In this document: positions 8,561 to 16,476 of the stretch, one piece after another
How the letters are laid out: each line of letters opens with the position of its first letter
Position numbering within the stretch: position 1 is the first letter of the stretch
Source of the DNA: a virus
Taxonomy: Duplodnaviria; Heunggongvirae; Uroviricota; Caudoviricetes
IMG/VR virus record: IMGVR_UViG_3300033074_000450
Span: 64,001 to 118,948 of that record
DNA: 54,948 nucleotides
Direction: 5' to 3' (one strand)
Made by a program: the position numbers and the translations under genes
Notes under the pieces: model-generated
What the model was told of the DNA's origin: nothing
Database searches by the model: none
What the model saw: the letters and a program-made list of their open reading frames with translations, nothing else

Positions 8561-8603
8561 AGAGGCATAACAAACGCCTCGAAGATTACAGGGCTCCTTC
8601 TTG

Positions 8604-8634
8604 GACCCTCCTCGAAAGGGGAGGGTCTTTTTTT
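8604..8634 (+). terminator. Rho-independent terminator
   Basis: GACCCTCCTC-GAAA-GGGGAGGGTC followed by T7. Confidence 0.92.
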
Positions 8635-8645
8635 ATGATATAATT
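8635..8645 (+). promoter_or_regulatory. Putative late promoter (extended -10)
   Basis: ATGATATAATT directly after the terminator; no -35. Confidence 0.7.
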
Positions 8646-8673
8646 GAAAGAGATTCAATATAGGAGATTAGAA

Positions 8674-8928
8674 ATGCCTTGCTTAAAAAAATGTAAATGC
8701 GGTAAAGAAGAGAAGTTCTTTAAATTCCTTAATGATGAGGATATTGAGGCTTTTGAATGTGATGCTTGTCCAAAAGAAGAATCGGCTAAAAAATCGGCAA
8801 AATCTGAAGAAGAAAAGCCAGAAGTAGTTGAAAAGGTTGAGGAATCTCCTAAAGAAGAGTCGGACAAAAAAGAGGACAAAAAGTCTCGTAAGAAGAAGCA
8901 AAAGGCTGAAGACGAGAAACCAGAGTAA
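8674..8928 (+). CDS. Small Cys-containing, K/E-rich protein
   Basis: ATG 8674 after GGAG; CxxxCxC..CxxC then a low-complexity charged tail. Confidence 0.55.
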   Translation: MPCLKKCKCGKEEKFFKFLNDEDIEAFECDACPKEESAKKSAKSEEEKPEVVEKVEESPKEESDKKEDKKSRKKKQKAEDEKPE

Positions 8929-8940
8929 TCAGGATGATTG

Positions 8941-9195
8941 ATGAAACCGCTAAATATCTTTGAAACCACTAATGTTGACTTAGCTGCTTTTCTTATGTTC
9001 GAGGGTATTAAGTATTTGGAAGCTAAAAACAGTAAATCAATGGGTAAAGACTTGGTTGTACTGAGGTTTTTGGATGAGAAACAAAACTGTTTGGACCTTG
9101 AGAGAGTTTTCATGAGTTCGGACTTTAAAAAGTATAGAGACCTTACAAAGTATCTTTTGAAAGAAGTACATAGTAAGTTACGGGAGAGAGTGTAA
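8941..9195 (+). CDS. Hypothetical protein (DUF5659-like)
   Basis: ETTNVDLAAFLM N-terminus resembles the DUF5659 phage family (from memory). Confidence 0.45.
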   Translation: MKPLNIFETTNVDLAAFLMFEGIKYLEAKNSKSMGKDLVVLRFLDEKQNCLDLERVFMSSDFKKYRDLTKYLLKEVHSKLRERV

Positions 9196-9551
9196 TGGCA
9201 AACCCAAATTTCAAACAAAAGAATTCCATCGGTTCCGAAAAACGAGCCCAGTTGAATTATAACGAAGCTGCAAAAGCCCAAAAGCAAATGCAGGTTCAAG
9301 GTATGCCCTTTCAAGTCAATACTGGAGCCGAAGCTACCGCTGGAGTAAAAGTTGGCAAGGGTAATGTTTGTCGTGTATTTGGTACTGCTGCTGACCTCGT
9401 AATTTTCGCTGATTCCAACCCAGGCGGTGTTCCTACCGCTACCGACCAAACTGCTGCCATGCTTGGAGCCACAGTTCAATCATTTGTGGCAACGGGTGAG
9501 TTTATAAGGACTACTGCTGGAGTTACCAGGGTAGAAGTTATAGAAGACTAA
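9195..9551 (+). CDS. Hypothetical protein, possibly virion-associated
   Basis: TAATG coupling; Ala/Gly/Thr-rich beta sequence. Confidence 0.55.
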   Translation: MANPNFKQKNSIGSEKRAQLNYNEAAKAQKQMQVQGMPFQVNTGAEATAGVKVGKGNVCRVFGTAADLVIFADSNPGGVPTATDQTAAMLGATVQSFVATGEFIRTTAGVTRVEVIED

Positions 9552-9581
9552 GTGCGTCACATCCACTTAAGGGAGATAGAT

Positions 9582-9863
9582 ATGGCAGACCGTGAAGAGT
9601 ATTACGGTATCAATCGCTATTTATGTAGCGTTTTAGATGACATGAGAAAATGTTGCGAAACTCTTAATTTCGCTCCAATGAAGAGTCTTATCGAAGAGGC
9701 TCAGATTCTTGGCAATCGTATGGAGGCAGGTCTTGGAGACAAGCGTGACCTCATCAAGATGAACGTGGAGCATTCTGAGCTTCGCAAGAAGATTAAAGCT
9801 CTTCGTAAAGAAGTTAAGGAGCTTGAGAAGAAGCTCCCTAAAAAAGAAGAGAAGAAGAAGTAA
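9582..9863 (+). CDS. Hypothetical coiled-coil protein
   Basis: ATG 9582 after GGGAG; heptad C-terminus. Confidence 0.55.
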   Translation: MADREEYYGINRYLCSVLDDMRKCCETLNFAPMKSLIEEAQILGNRMEAGLGDKRDLIKMNVEHSELRKKIKALRKEVKELEKKLPKKEEKKK

Positions 9864-10033
9864 TGAAACATTGGAAGAAGACCTATCAGGCTTGGTACAT
9901 GACTATGGATTCAAAGCCTAGAGGCAAGCTAAAACAGCTTGTTAATAGAATTACTAGGTCTAAACTCAAATCTGAGCTAAGTAAGGAAGTTAAAACTTAC
10001 GAGCCTTCTTCAGCTTGTCCAGACGAGCGATAA
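9863..10033 (+). CDS. Small basic protein, 56 aa (not in the ORF track)
   Basis: TAATG coupling; overlaps the 3' end of a convergent gene. Confidence 0.35.
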   Translation: MKHWKKTYQAWYMTMDSKPRGKLKQLVNRITRSKLKSELSKEVKTYEPSSACPDER

Positions 10034-10208
10034 CCGAATCCCGTTCTTTTTTAGTTTGAAACCCAGCTCTAACCAAAGCTGGAGCATTCTTAAGCATCAA
10101 AGCAATGTAGAAGCCTTGCACCTCAGTATTACCTAAGACCCCTACTTCTGTATCCCAGTAAGCCATCAGGTCTGTTAATTTAAAACGTACTGTCCCTACC
10201 GTAATCAT
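9990..10208 (-). CDS. Hypothetical protein, 72 aa
   Basis: Start reassigned to ATG 10208, immediately after the nuclease stop. Confidence 0.55.
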   Translation of the reverse strand: MITVGTVRFKLTDLMAYWDTEVGVLGNTEVQGFYIALMLKNAPALVRAGFQTKKERDSVIARLDKLKKARKF

Positions 10209-10209
10209 T

Positions 10210-10683
10210 TTAAGCCCTTTCTCTGTAATAGAGTTGTGCATTCTTTTTAAACACTTCGAGTTTGAAAAGATAGTTCTTTGAATTAGAACCCTCATCTCCC
10301 CCAGTAACAATCCTATGGAACTGATTAGCCTTAACCATGTTCTTTAAAAGCTTCGTCTCAATCATGTACACGCAGATATCCCCATTTGGCTCATGAATTC
10401 TATAGCAATACAAGTCAGCTTGGGAAACCGAAATTCCAGAAGCTCGACCTCGACATTCAAACTCTAAGCCCACATTGCCTGTCTCTTGGCATGTGAAATC
10501 TTCCTTTATCTCAACTTTAATGAATTCTCCTCCAGTAGTCAAGATTCCTAAATCATAACGATTATCGTCATTATGTTGTATCTTTTTGATTTTATTAGGA
10601 TTAGCCTTCATAAGGAGGGTCGCAATAAACTCCTCGGTCTTCACAGCTATCTTGTGGTCTTTCTTAAAGTCATAATTGCCCAT
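10210..10683 (-). CDS. PD-(D/E)xK restriction-endonuclease-like nuclease
   Basis: RYDL...VEIKED...TGNVGLE...SGISVSQADLY pattern; SD GGAGG. Confidence 0.7.
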   Translation of the reverse strand: MGNYDFKKDHKIAVKTEEFIATLLMKANPNKIKKIQHNDDNRYDLGILTTGGEFIKVEIKEDFTCQETGNVGLEFECRGRASGISVSQADLYCYRIHEPNGDICVYMIETKLLKNMVKANQFHRIVTGGDEGSNSKNYLFKLEVFKKNAQLYYRERA

Positions 10684-10701
10684 GTTGAACCTCCAGCTAC
10701 C

Positions 10702-10730
10702 ATAGTATTGTAATTTTTATATGTTGTCAA
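10702..10730 (-). promoter_or_regulatory. sigma70-type promoter for the nuclease cassette
   Basis: Minus strand TTGACA-17nt-TACTAT. Confidence 0.75.
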
Positions 10731-10752
10731 CTAAAATCTAAGCTTTCTCAGG

Positions 10753-10763
10753 ATGATATAATT
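10753..10763 (+). promoter_or_regulatory. Putative late promoter
   Basis: ATGATATAATT. Confidence 0.7.
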
Positions 10764-10805
10764 AAATACACGAGCCTAACAGGGGTTAGGTTTAAGAGGT
10801 TTGGT

Positions 10806-11579
10806 ATGGCAATAGAGAAACGCTGGGAAGCGATAGCTCCCCGTTTATTCACATCTAATGGTGGAATAGAAGGTCAGATAACCCTTAATTCCACTATCGG
10901 TTTTAAAGTAAAACAGCAAGTCATATTAAAATCTTCGTCTCAACCTGGGACGATTCTCGAAGTGAAACGGGTCGTATCGAAGACCCTGATGTTCGTAGGC
11001 AAGCCTGGTAACATAAACGACCGTCAGAATATATCAGCATACCTAGTGGCTGATGGAGCTTCTGTAGAGGCTCTGGAACAACCTAGAGCCAATATCCACA
11101 TTCAAGAGCACGAGAACGCAGTCTACGCTGAAGAACCTATTGTAGCTAAACGCAGTATTTTGGTAGATGAGCTTGGTAATTATTACAATGACCAGAATCC
11201 AATTCCTATCAAAATTGATTATTCTCAATCGGATTCTTCTGTAAAATCTACATTTGGGGAGATAGCTTCATTAGCGGCTAATACTCAAACTAACGTAGTT
11301 TCTTATATGGCTCCTTTGGATAAGGAATCCTTTTTAGAAAAAATTGAAGTGTCGGGAACCAACATAGCCGAATATGAAGTTTTTGTTAATGCTACGAAGA
11401 TAGCTAAGAGAAGAACTCATTTTGGAGCAGATTTGTCTACGGATTTTGAGTTTGATTCTCCAGCAGGTAAGGGTTTACCCCTAGCTCCTGGAGATGTTGT
11501 TACAGTAAAAGTAACTCATCCCCGTCCGTATGTTGGAGACTTTGAGGCTAGAATCCAGACCTTAGAGGTTGTTTTCTAA
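10806..11579 (+). CDS. Putative virion structural protein (beta-rich C-terminal domain)
   Basis: Late promoter upstream; shares DE.GN.Y...NP.P motif with 11795..12574. Confidence 0.55.
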   Translation: MAIEKRWEAIAPRLFTSNGGIEGQITLNSTIGFKVKQQVILKSSSQPGTILEVKRVVSKTLMFVGKPGNINDRQNISAYLVADGASVEALEQPRANIHIQEHENAVYAEEPIVAKRSILVDELGNYYNDQNPIPIKIDYSQSDSSVKSTFGEIASLAANTQTNVVSYMAPLDKESFLEKIEVSGTNIAEYEVFVNATKIAKRRTHFGADLSTDFEFDSPAGKGLPLAPGDVVTVKVTHPRPYVGDFEARIQTLEVVF

Positions 11580-11580
11580 A

Positions 11581-11590
11581 ATGATATAAT
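11581..11590 (+). promoter_or_regulatory. Putative late promoter
   Basis: ATGATATAAT. Confidence 0.65.
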
Positions 11591-11607
11591 AGATAAAGAG
11601 GTTTAAG

Positions 11608-11793
11608 GTGAGCAATTTAGAAGAAAAAGGCTTAGAGTTACAAGTAAAAAAAGCAGAAGTTCAAATTGCTGAACTTGAATTTAAGATATTGGAAAGACAA
11701 GCTGATATCGAAAGAATTTTAGCTCATATTGAGCTTCAGAAAAAAGTTATAATCGACTCGCAAGAGAAACTTAATAAGTTAAGGGGAAAGTAA
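11608..11793 (+). CDS. Short coiled-coil protein
   Basis: GTG start, SD GAGG, continuous heptads. Confidence 0.6.
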   Translation: MSNLEEKGLELQVKKAEVQIAELEFKILERQADIERILAHIELQKKVIIDSQEKLNKLRGK

Positions 11794-11794
11794 A

Positions 11795-12574
11795 ATGGCA
11801 GACTATGATAGTGGTTTACCGATAAGAACAGAAGCCGATGGGACGGATGAGAGACTACACTCTAAGATTGTAGATTTTGCAGACCCAGGTGGAACCGATA
11901 AACAAGTTGAAGTAAGTGAAAAGTTACTCCATAATCGTAATTTTGGTCACGACCCAGCAGGTCTAAAAGTCCAAGAGCGTCTATCGGAAACTGGAGAAAC
12001 AGCAGTAGATGGTACATATAATGCCACTACGAATACAAATCCAGCAAATATTGGAGTTGTAGTTCAGGAACGAAACGCTGCCTCTTCTGATGTTCGTCAG
12101 ACAATGAAGCCCACAGCTATCCGTGGCACTGTAGATAATACTAAAGTGGCTATGGATATCGCTCTCAATGACGAGAATGGTAATTCATATACCAAAGACA
12201 ATCCACTCCCTGTTTCTCTAGAAGAATCAGAGGGAGATGAGATTTGTGATAGAAAGACCTCTACTTCTGTAGCCGTAGATACAACTGTCACTCATGATTA
12301 CACTGTAACTGCTCTTAAGAGTTTAATTATTGATGGAGCATGGATTAGTGCCTCTGGAAAAATTAAAGCTGTTCTTTCGGTAGAGACTGGAGTTGGAACT
12401 GGAGTATTTACTCCTAAATTTGACGCTTTCAATTCAACATCCTCTCCAAACATTGAAATTCCAATCAAGAAAAGACTTGAAGTAGCTGCTGGAGTTAGGG
12501 TCAGAATCTCTATTACCAACCGAGACAACCAACCGCAAGACGTTTATTCAACTCTATTAGGGGATGAGAAATAA
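11795..12574 (+). CDS. Putative virion structural protein
   Basis: Paralogous motif with 10806..11579; beta-sandwich-like C-terminus. Confidence 0.55.
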   Translation: MADYDSGLPIRTEADGTDERLHSKIVDFADPGGTDKQVEVSEKLLHNRNFGHDPAGLKVQERLSETGETAVDGTYNATTNTNPANIGVVVQERNAASSDVRQTMKPTAIRGTVDNTKVAMDIALNDENGNSYTKDNPLPVSLEESEGDEICDRKTSTSVAVDTTVTHDYTVTALKSLIIDGAWISASGKIKAVLSVETGVGTGVFTPKFDAFNSTSSPNIEIPIKKRLEVAAGVRVRISITNRDNQPQDVYSTLLGDEK

Positions 12575-12590
12575 TTAAGGATTCTTTTAA

Positions 12591-13679
12591 ATGGCTGATA
12601 TTAACGAGAAGCAACAATCTGAAGTAGTAAGGATTACGGGTTCTGATGAAAGTCAAGTAGCTGATGTACAGTTAATTGATGGAGCACCTTCTCTAAGAAC
12701 TTTCGGGGTTCAAGCGATTGAGTCCCTGAGAGGTTTTGACCCTATAGCAGACACTTGGTTTTATTTTGGTACAGAAGAAGACGCTACTGGAGCTGGAAAC
12801 GTAGGAGATACAGTTCGAGTTCGGATTGCAGCAGGTAGTGTTCCAGCAGACTTTCCAGCAGTAGATTTAACCTATACTTTAGTACTAGCAGATGTGGGAG
12901 ATGAGGAAACTCTAGCTACAAACGTAGCCTCTTATCTAAACGCTCAAGCATCATTTAATACTCTCTGGAGAGCCCAAAAAATTTCAAATTCTGGAGTTGT
13001 TTATATTACTGCCAAGAAGCCTGGTAGTCAATTTGAACGACCTAATACTGATGATTTCAGAGTAGATACTACAGGAACTACCACAGTAACTAGAGCATTC
13101 GATAAAATTATCCGTAGGAATAAAATCACTTCCCTAGCTCGTGACCCTGCTGACCCCAGACAAGGTATTTTGGGTATTCAGGGTTCAGTTGTACAAACTG
13201 AAGGAGACGTTACAAATCGTTTTCAAACAGTTTTCCCAGAACTAAGAGTAAACGGAAGTGTTACTCCAGTCAAATTCACTGTCTCTGCACATCCCACAGA
13301 GGTAAGATTCATTACTTCCGTGGTTATATCTGGTCGTGCGAATGGTATAAAATTTGGTCAATTTCTAGCGAGTCCATCCTTGACTAACGGCATTCAAGTC
13401 TCCTTTAAATCTAATGACTTCTCTGCTACTAGAGAACCTCTTAAAACAACAGATGATTTATTGGATTTCCATGCAGAAGACCCAGATAACTTTGTATTAT
13501 TTATTCAATCTGGGGGAGATAAGTTTACGGCTGTTTTAGAATTCGGGTCTCCATTAGAATTAAGACCTCAAGGTGAGTTCTCTCTAGATGATTATTTAAC
13601 TATTTCTATAAGAGATAATTTATCAGCAGGTAATCTTCAATTAAGAGCTATTGTCTCTGGATTTAATAGGGAGTACTAA
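12591..13679 (+). CDS. Putative virion structural protein
   Basis: Late operon; contains a sheath/baseplate-type A..[IL]N insertion module. Confidence 0.55.
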   Translation: MADINEKQQSEVVRITGSDESQVADVQLIDGAPSLRTFGVQAIESLRGFDPIADTWFYFGTEEDATGAGNVGDTVRVRIAAGSVPADFPAVDLTYTLVLADVGDEETLATNVASYLNAQASFNTLWRAQKISNSGVVYITAKKPGSQFERPNTDDFRVDTTGTTTVTRAFDKIIRRNKITSLARDPADPRQGILGIQGSVVQTEGDVTNRFQTVFPELRVNGSVTPVKFTVSAHPTEVRFITSVVISGRANGIKFGQFLASPSLTNGIQVSFKSNDFSATREPLKTTDDLLDFHAEDPDNFVLFIQSGGDKFTAVLEFGSPLELRPQGEFSLDDYLTISIRDNLSAGNLQLRAIVSGFNREY

Positions 13680-13681
13680 TT

Positions 13682-14161
13682 ATGAGTAGCGGTTTTATTC
13701 CTGATAGAGATTCCAGCGGTAATATTATTCAGCAGCAGAGTCCCTTTTCTGCCAAAGTAATCAAAGACGGAAAGCTTTTTAGAAGACTTCACGGGTCAAC
13801 TTTTACACTCAATGCTTCTGGGGATACTGTTCACGAAATTACGGTCCCGTATCTAAAATGCAAAATAAATAAATTAGAACTTCTTTGGTTTCCAGAGGGA
13901 GTTACAGTTGATTTTGAAGTATTAGATACAGAGGATTGTGCTATTCAAATAGCTATGGGTGTTCCCGAACAGGATAGAGTTCCGAATGCTATGCTGAATC
14001 AATTTTCTTTTGGAGCAGGTATTAGAACTAATTATCATGAAGACACCTCAGAATATGATGCTGATTTGATTCAAGACATGAAAATAAGAATCACGCTTCA
14101 TAATCCTACGATTGTTACCAAAACAGTTTGTATCAATTCAGTATTTCATGAGATTAAGTAA
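13682..14161 (+). CDS. Hypothetical (virion-associated) protein
   Basis: Tightly packed in the late operon. Confidence 0.55.
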   Translation: MSSGFIPDRDSSGNIIQQQSPFSAKVIKDGKLFRRLHGSTFTLNASGDTVHEITVPYLKCKINKLELLWFPEGVTVDFEVLDTEDCAIQIAMGVPEQDRVPNAMLNQFSFGAGIRTNYHEDTSEYDADLIQDMKIRITLHNPTIVTKTVCINSVFHEIK

Positions 14162-14670
14162 TGAAAATATCCTACCTATTTTCTAGAAATGAAAAAATAG
14201 GTTCCAAGTTAATAGCTGGAGCAAGCGGTTTATTGGTTAAGGATTTGGAAAAGGTCCCATCTCATGTGGCTATTCTCTTGGAATTCGAGGGAGTATCCGA
14301 GAGTTTTGTAATAGAATCGGTTCTTGAGGCTGGAGTAAGAATCATACCATTTTCAGTCTGGCTTGAGAAAAACGAACTCTGCTATAGAATCTCTTGTGGA
14401 AAAGAGCGTACTCTAGATGAGATTTTTAAAGTAGTAAACTCTATCTGGGGTAAAAAATATGACTGGAGAGGCATCCTCTTTTTTAGTCTCTGTTTCATAA
14501 AACACCTGCTCTTTAAGACCCCTTTTCCAAAAGAAAACGCTTGGCAACGAGATGATTACTACTTTTGTAGCGAAGCTGCTGGTAAGATAAGTGGTTATGA
14601 AAAAACAGGTATGGCTACCCCTGCTAAAATGTGTTCCGACTTTCTCAAAATGAGCAGCTCTGAATTGTAA
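14161..14670 (+). CDS. Permuted papain-like NlpC/P60 enzyme (YiiX/YebB family)
   Basis: PSHVAI (His) precedes KYDW..I and YFCSEA (Cys), the permuted order. Confidence 0.75.
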   Translation: MKISYLFSRNEKIGSKLIAGASGLLVKDLEKVPSHVAILLEFEGVSESFVIESVLEAGVRIIPFSVWLEKNELCYRISCGKERTLDEIFKVVNSIWGKKYDWRGILFFSLCFIKHLLFKTPFPKENAWQRDDYYFCSEAAGKISGYEKTGMATPAKMCSDFLKMSSSEL

Positions 14671-14710
14671 AATGTACAATTCCTTTTGTAAAATAAATCA
14701 AGTAAAACCT

Positions 14711-14721
14711 ATGGTATAATT
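14711..14721 (+). promoter_or_regulatory. Putative late promoter
   Basis: ATGGTATAATT. Confidence 0.7.
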
Positions 14722-14762
14722 TCTATATGGTCTCAAAATAACACGAGATATTGGAAATATGC

Positions 14763-15161
14763 ATGTCTGACTCAGATAACTATTTGAAAATCCTTGAGAA
14801 ATTAGGAGAAGTCGGTAAGGACGTAGGCGTTCTTAGTACCGAAGTAAGTCACCTAAAAGAGGATTTTAAAGAAGCTAAGACTAAGCTTGAAGCAATCGAG
14901 CAAGAGGATATCAAGCAAAATCGTCTCCTGGACGAACATATTCGTGGAGTAGTAGCCACAAATGAGAGACTGGATGTAGAAATTGACATCCGTAAAAAAG
15001 AAAAAGAACTCATCGAAAAACAAATGATAGAACTTGATGTTCGACTCAAAAAGGCAGAATTCGTCCCGAATCTAGCCTCCCATATAAAAACAGCCCTGCT
15101 CTGGTTAGCCGCTGTTTCAGGAGCAATCCTAACACTTAAGGAACTCATAACTAAGCTATAA
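14763..15161 (+). CDS. Coiled-coil protein with C-terminal TM helix (holin-like candidate)
   Basis: Long heptads then KTALLWLAAVSGAILTL. Confidence 0.5.
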   Translation: MSDSDNYLKILEKLGEVGKDVGVLSTEVSHLKEDFKEAKTKLEAIEQEDIKQNRLLDEHIRGVVATNERLDVEIDIRKKEKELIEKQMIELDVRLKKAEFVPNLASHIKTALLWLAAVSGAILTLKELITKL

Positions 15162-15177
15162 GCGACAAACTACCCAC

Positions 15178-15188
15178 ATGGTATAATT
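15178..15188 (+). promoter_or_regulatory. Putative late promoter
   Basis: ATGGTATAATT. Confidence 0.7.
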
Positions 15189-15219
15189 TAGAAGTAATAC
15201 TATGTTGAGGAGTGAATAA

Positions 15220-15600
15220 ATGCTTACAGCCAAAGTCCTAAATAGTGCAGCTTCCTTAAACAATTTCAAAGAGATAGCTTCCTTGGAATTTGTTATTGGG
15301 GAAGAGCTTAATTTAGTTTTTCGTCTACACGACCCTCAGTTTAATCTTAGACACGTTCCCCCTGCTACTGCTATTGTAAAAGTTACATTCAATTTGACAG
15401 ACGGTACTACTCTAGAAAAAACTGCTTCTGTTCTTGATGCTGGAGACCGCTCCATGCAAAAGGTTACTTTAACTGAACTAGAGACCGAAACTATCTTAGG
15501 TGGAAACCTATTGTTTCAAGTCGATGTTCTTGGAGATGGTTCTGAAATCATTAAGGGTGTAATCTCTAACGGTTTGAGCAAAATCATCTTAGATTGTTAA
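15220..15600 (+). CDS. Putative virion protein (Ig-like beta-sandwich)
   Basis: All-beta pattern; SD GAGGAG. Confidence 0.5.
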   Translation: MLTAKVLNSAASLNNFKEIASLEFVIGEELNLVFRLHDPQFNLRHVPPATAIVKVTFNLTDGTTLEKTASVLDAGDRSMQKVTLTELETETILGGNLLFQVDVLGDGSEIIKGVISNGLSKIILDC

Positions 15601-15609
15601 GGAGTCACT

Positions 15610-16446
15610 ATGTCTAAAGTAAAAGGCTCCAAAGAGGGAATCAGACAATCCAATAGACTCACTAAACGTGTGGGTCCACTTATCACCGTAGATGAGTTGA
15701 AATCACATTACTTGTTTGGTATAGTAATTGACGATGACAATGGGAACGAGCTTTCTCCAGAAGCCTATCAACAATTTATTGATAATGCGGTGTCTATGTT
15801 AGAGCACACTCTGGATATTTACATCACTCCTGAGACTATCATAGAAGACAAAGACTACCGAATCAATGATTATGCTGATTGGGGATATCTGTATCTAAAT
15901 AACTATCCTGTTGCGTCTATTGACAAGATTGAGATGGTTTACTTCAGAGATGCTGACGGAAATCCAGAAACTATTCAGGAAATCCCAACCAACTGGATGA
16001 GGCTTCAGAACCATGATGGTATTGTTCGTTTAGTCCCAAATGCTCGATTCCCAGCAAACCTACAAATTGACCAATCTGGAAACTATTTTCCAGAGGTTCT
16101 ACGTTCAAACATGGTTCCACATTTATGGAGATTGACTTATACTGCTGGTTTTGAAGATGGTAAGATTCCCGATATTGTGAATCAAGCTATTGGACTTCTT
16201 GCAGCGATTCAAGCCCTGATTGTAGGAGGTAACTTAGTTTTGGGAGCAGGTATCGCTTCTCAATCTATTAGTTTAGATGGTTTGAGTCAGAGTATTCAAA
16301 CTACGGCTTCTGCTGAAAATAGTACTTACTCTGCAACAATTAAAGAATACCAAACCTTACTTTTTGGTAAGAATGCTCAAGACCGTAGCGGTTTAATCGC
16401 AGTTTTGAAAGATTACTACAAAGGTGAGGGTATTGGAATAATTTAA
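15610..16446 (+). CDS. Head-tail adaptor / head completion protein
   Basis: ELKSHYLFG...NAVSMLEHTLD...YPVASIDKI...YTAGF...IPDIVNQAI...SQSISLDGLSQS connector pattern. Confidence 0.75.
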   Translation: MSKVKGSKEGIRQSNRLTKRVGPLITVDELKSHYLFGIVIDDDNGNELSPEAYQQFIDNAVSMLEHTLDIYITPETIIEDKDYRINDYADWGYLYLNNYPVASIDKIEMVYFRDADGNPETIQEIPTNWMRLQNHDGIVRLVPNARFPANLQIDQSGNYFPEVLRSNMVPHLWRLTYTAGFEDGKIPDIVNQAIGLLAAIQALIVGGNLVLGAGIASQSISLDGLSQSIQTTASAENSTYSATIKEYQTLLFGKNAQDRSGLIAVLKDYYKGEGIGII

Positions 16447-16476
16447 GGTAAAAGTTTTTTACCTTACGAGATTAAG

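Noticed and set aside
8562-8581. GAGGC...GCCTC hairpin before the terminator
   Set aside because: Only a 5-bp stem with a 9-nt loop; the adjacent strong terminator already explains the region.
8655-9479. 274-aa minus-strand ORF and the many other antisense/overlapping ORFs in the track
   Set aside because: They lie opposite or inside well-supported genes, have no SD or promoter, and show Ser/Phe/Leu-rich shadow composition.
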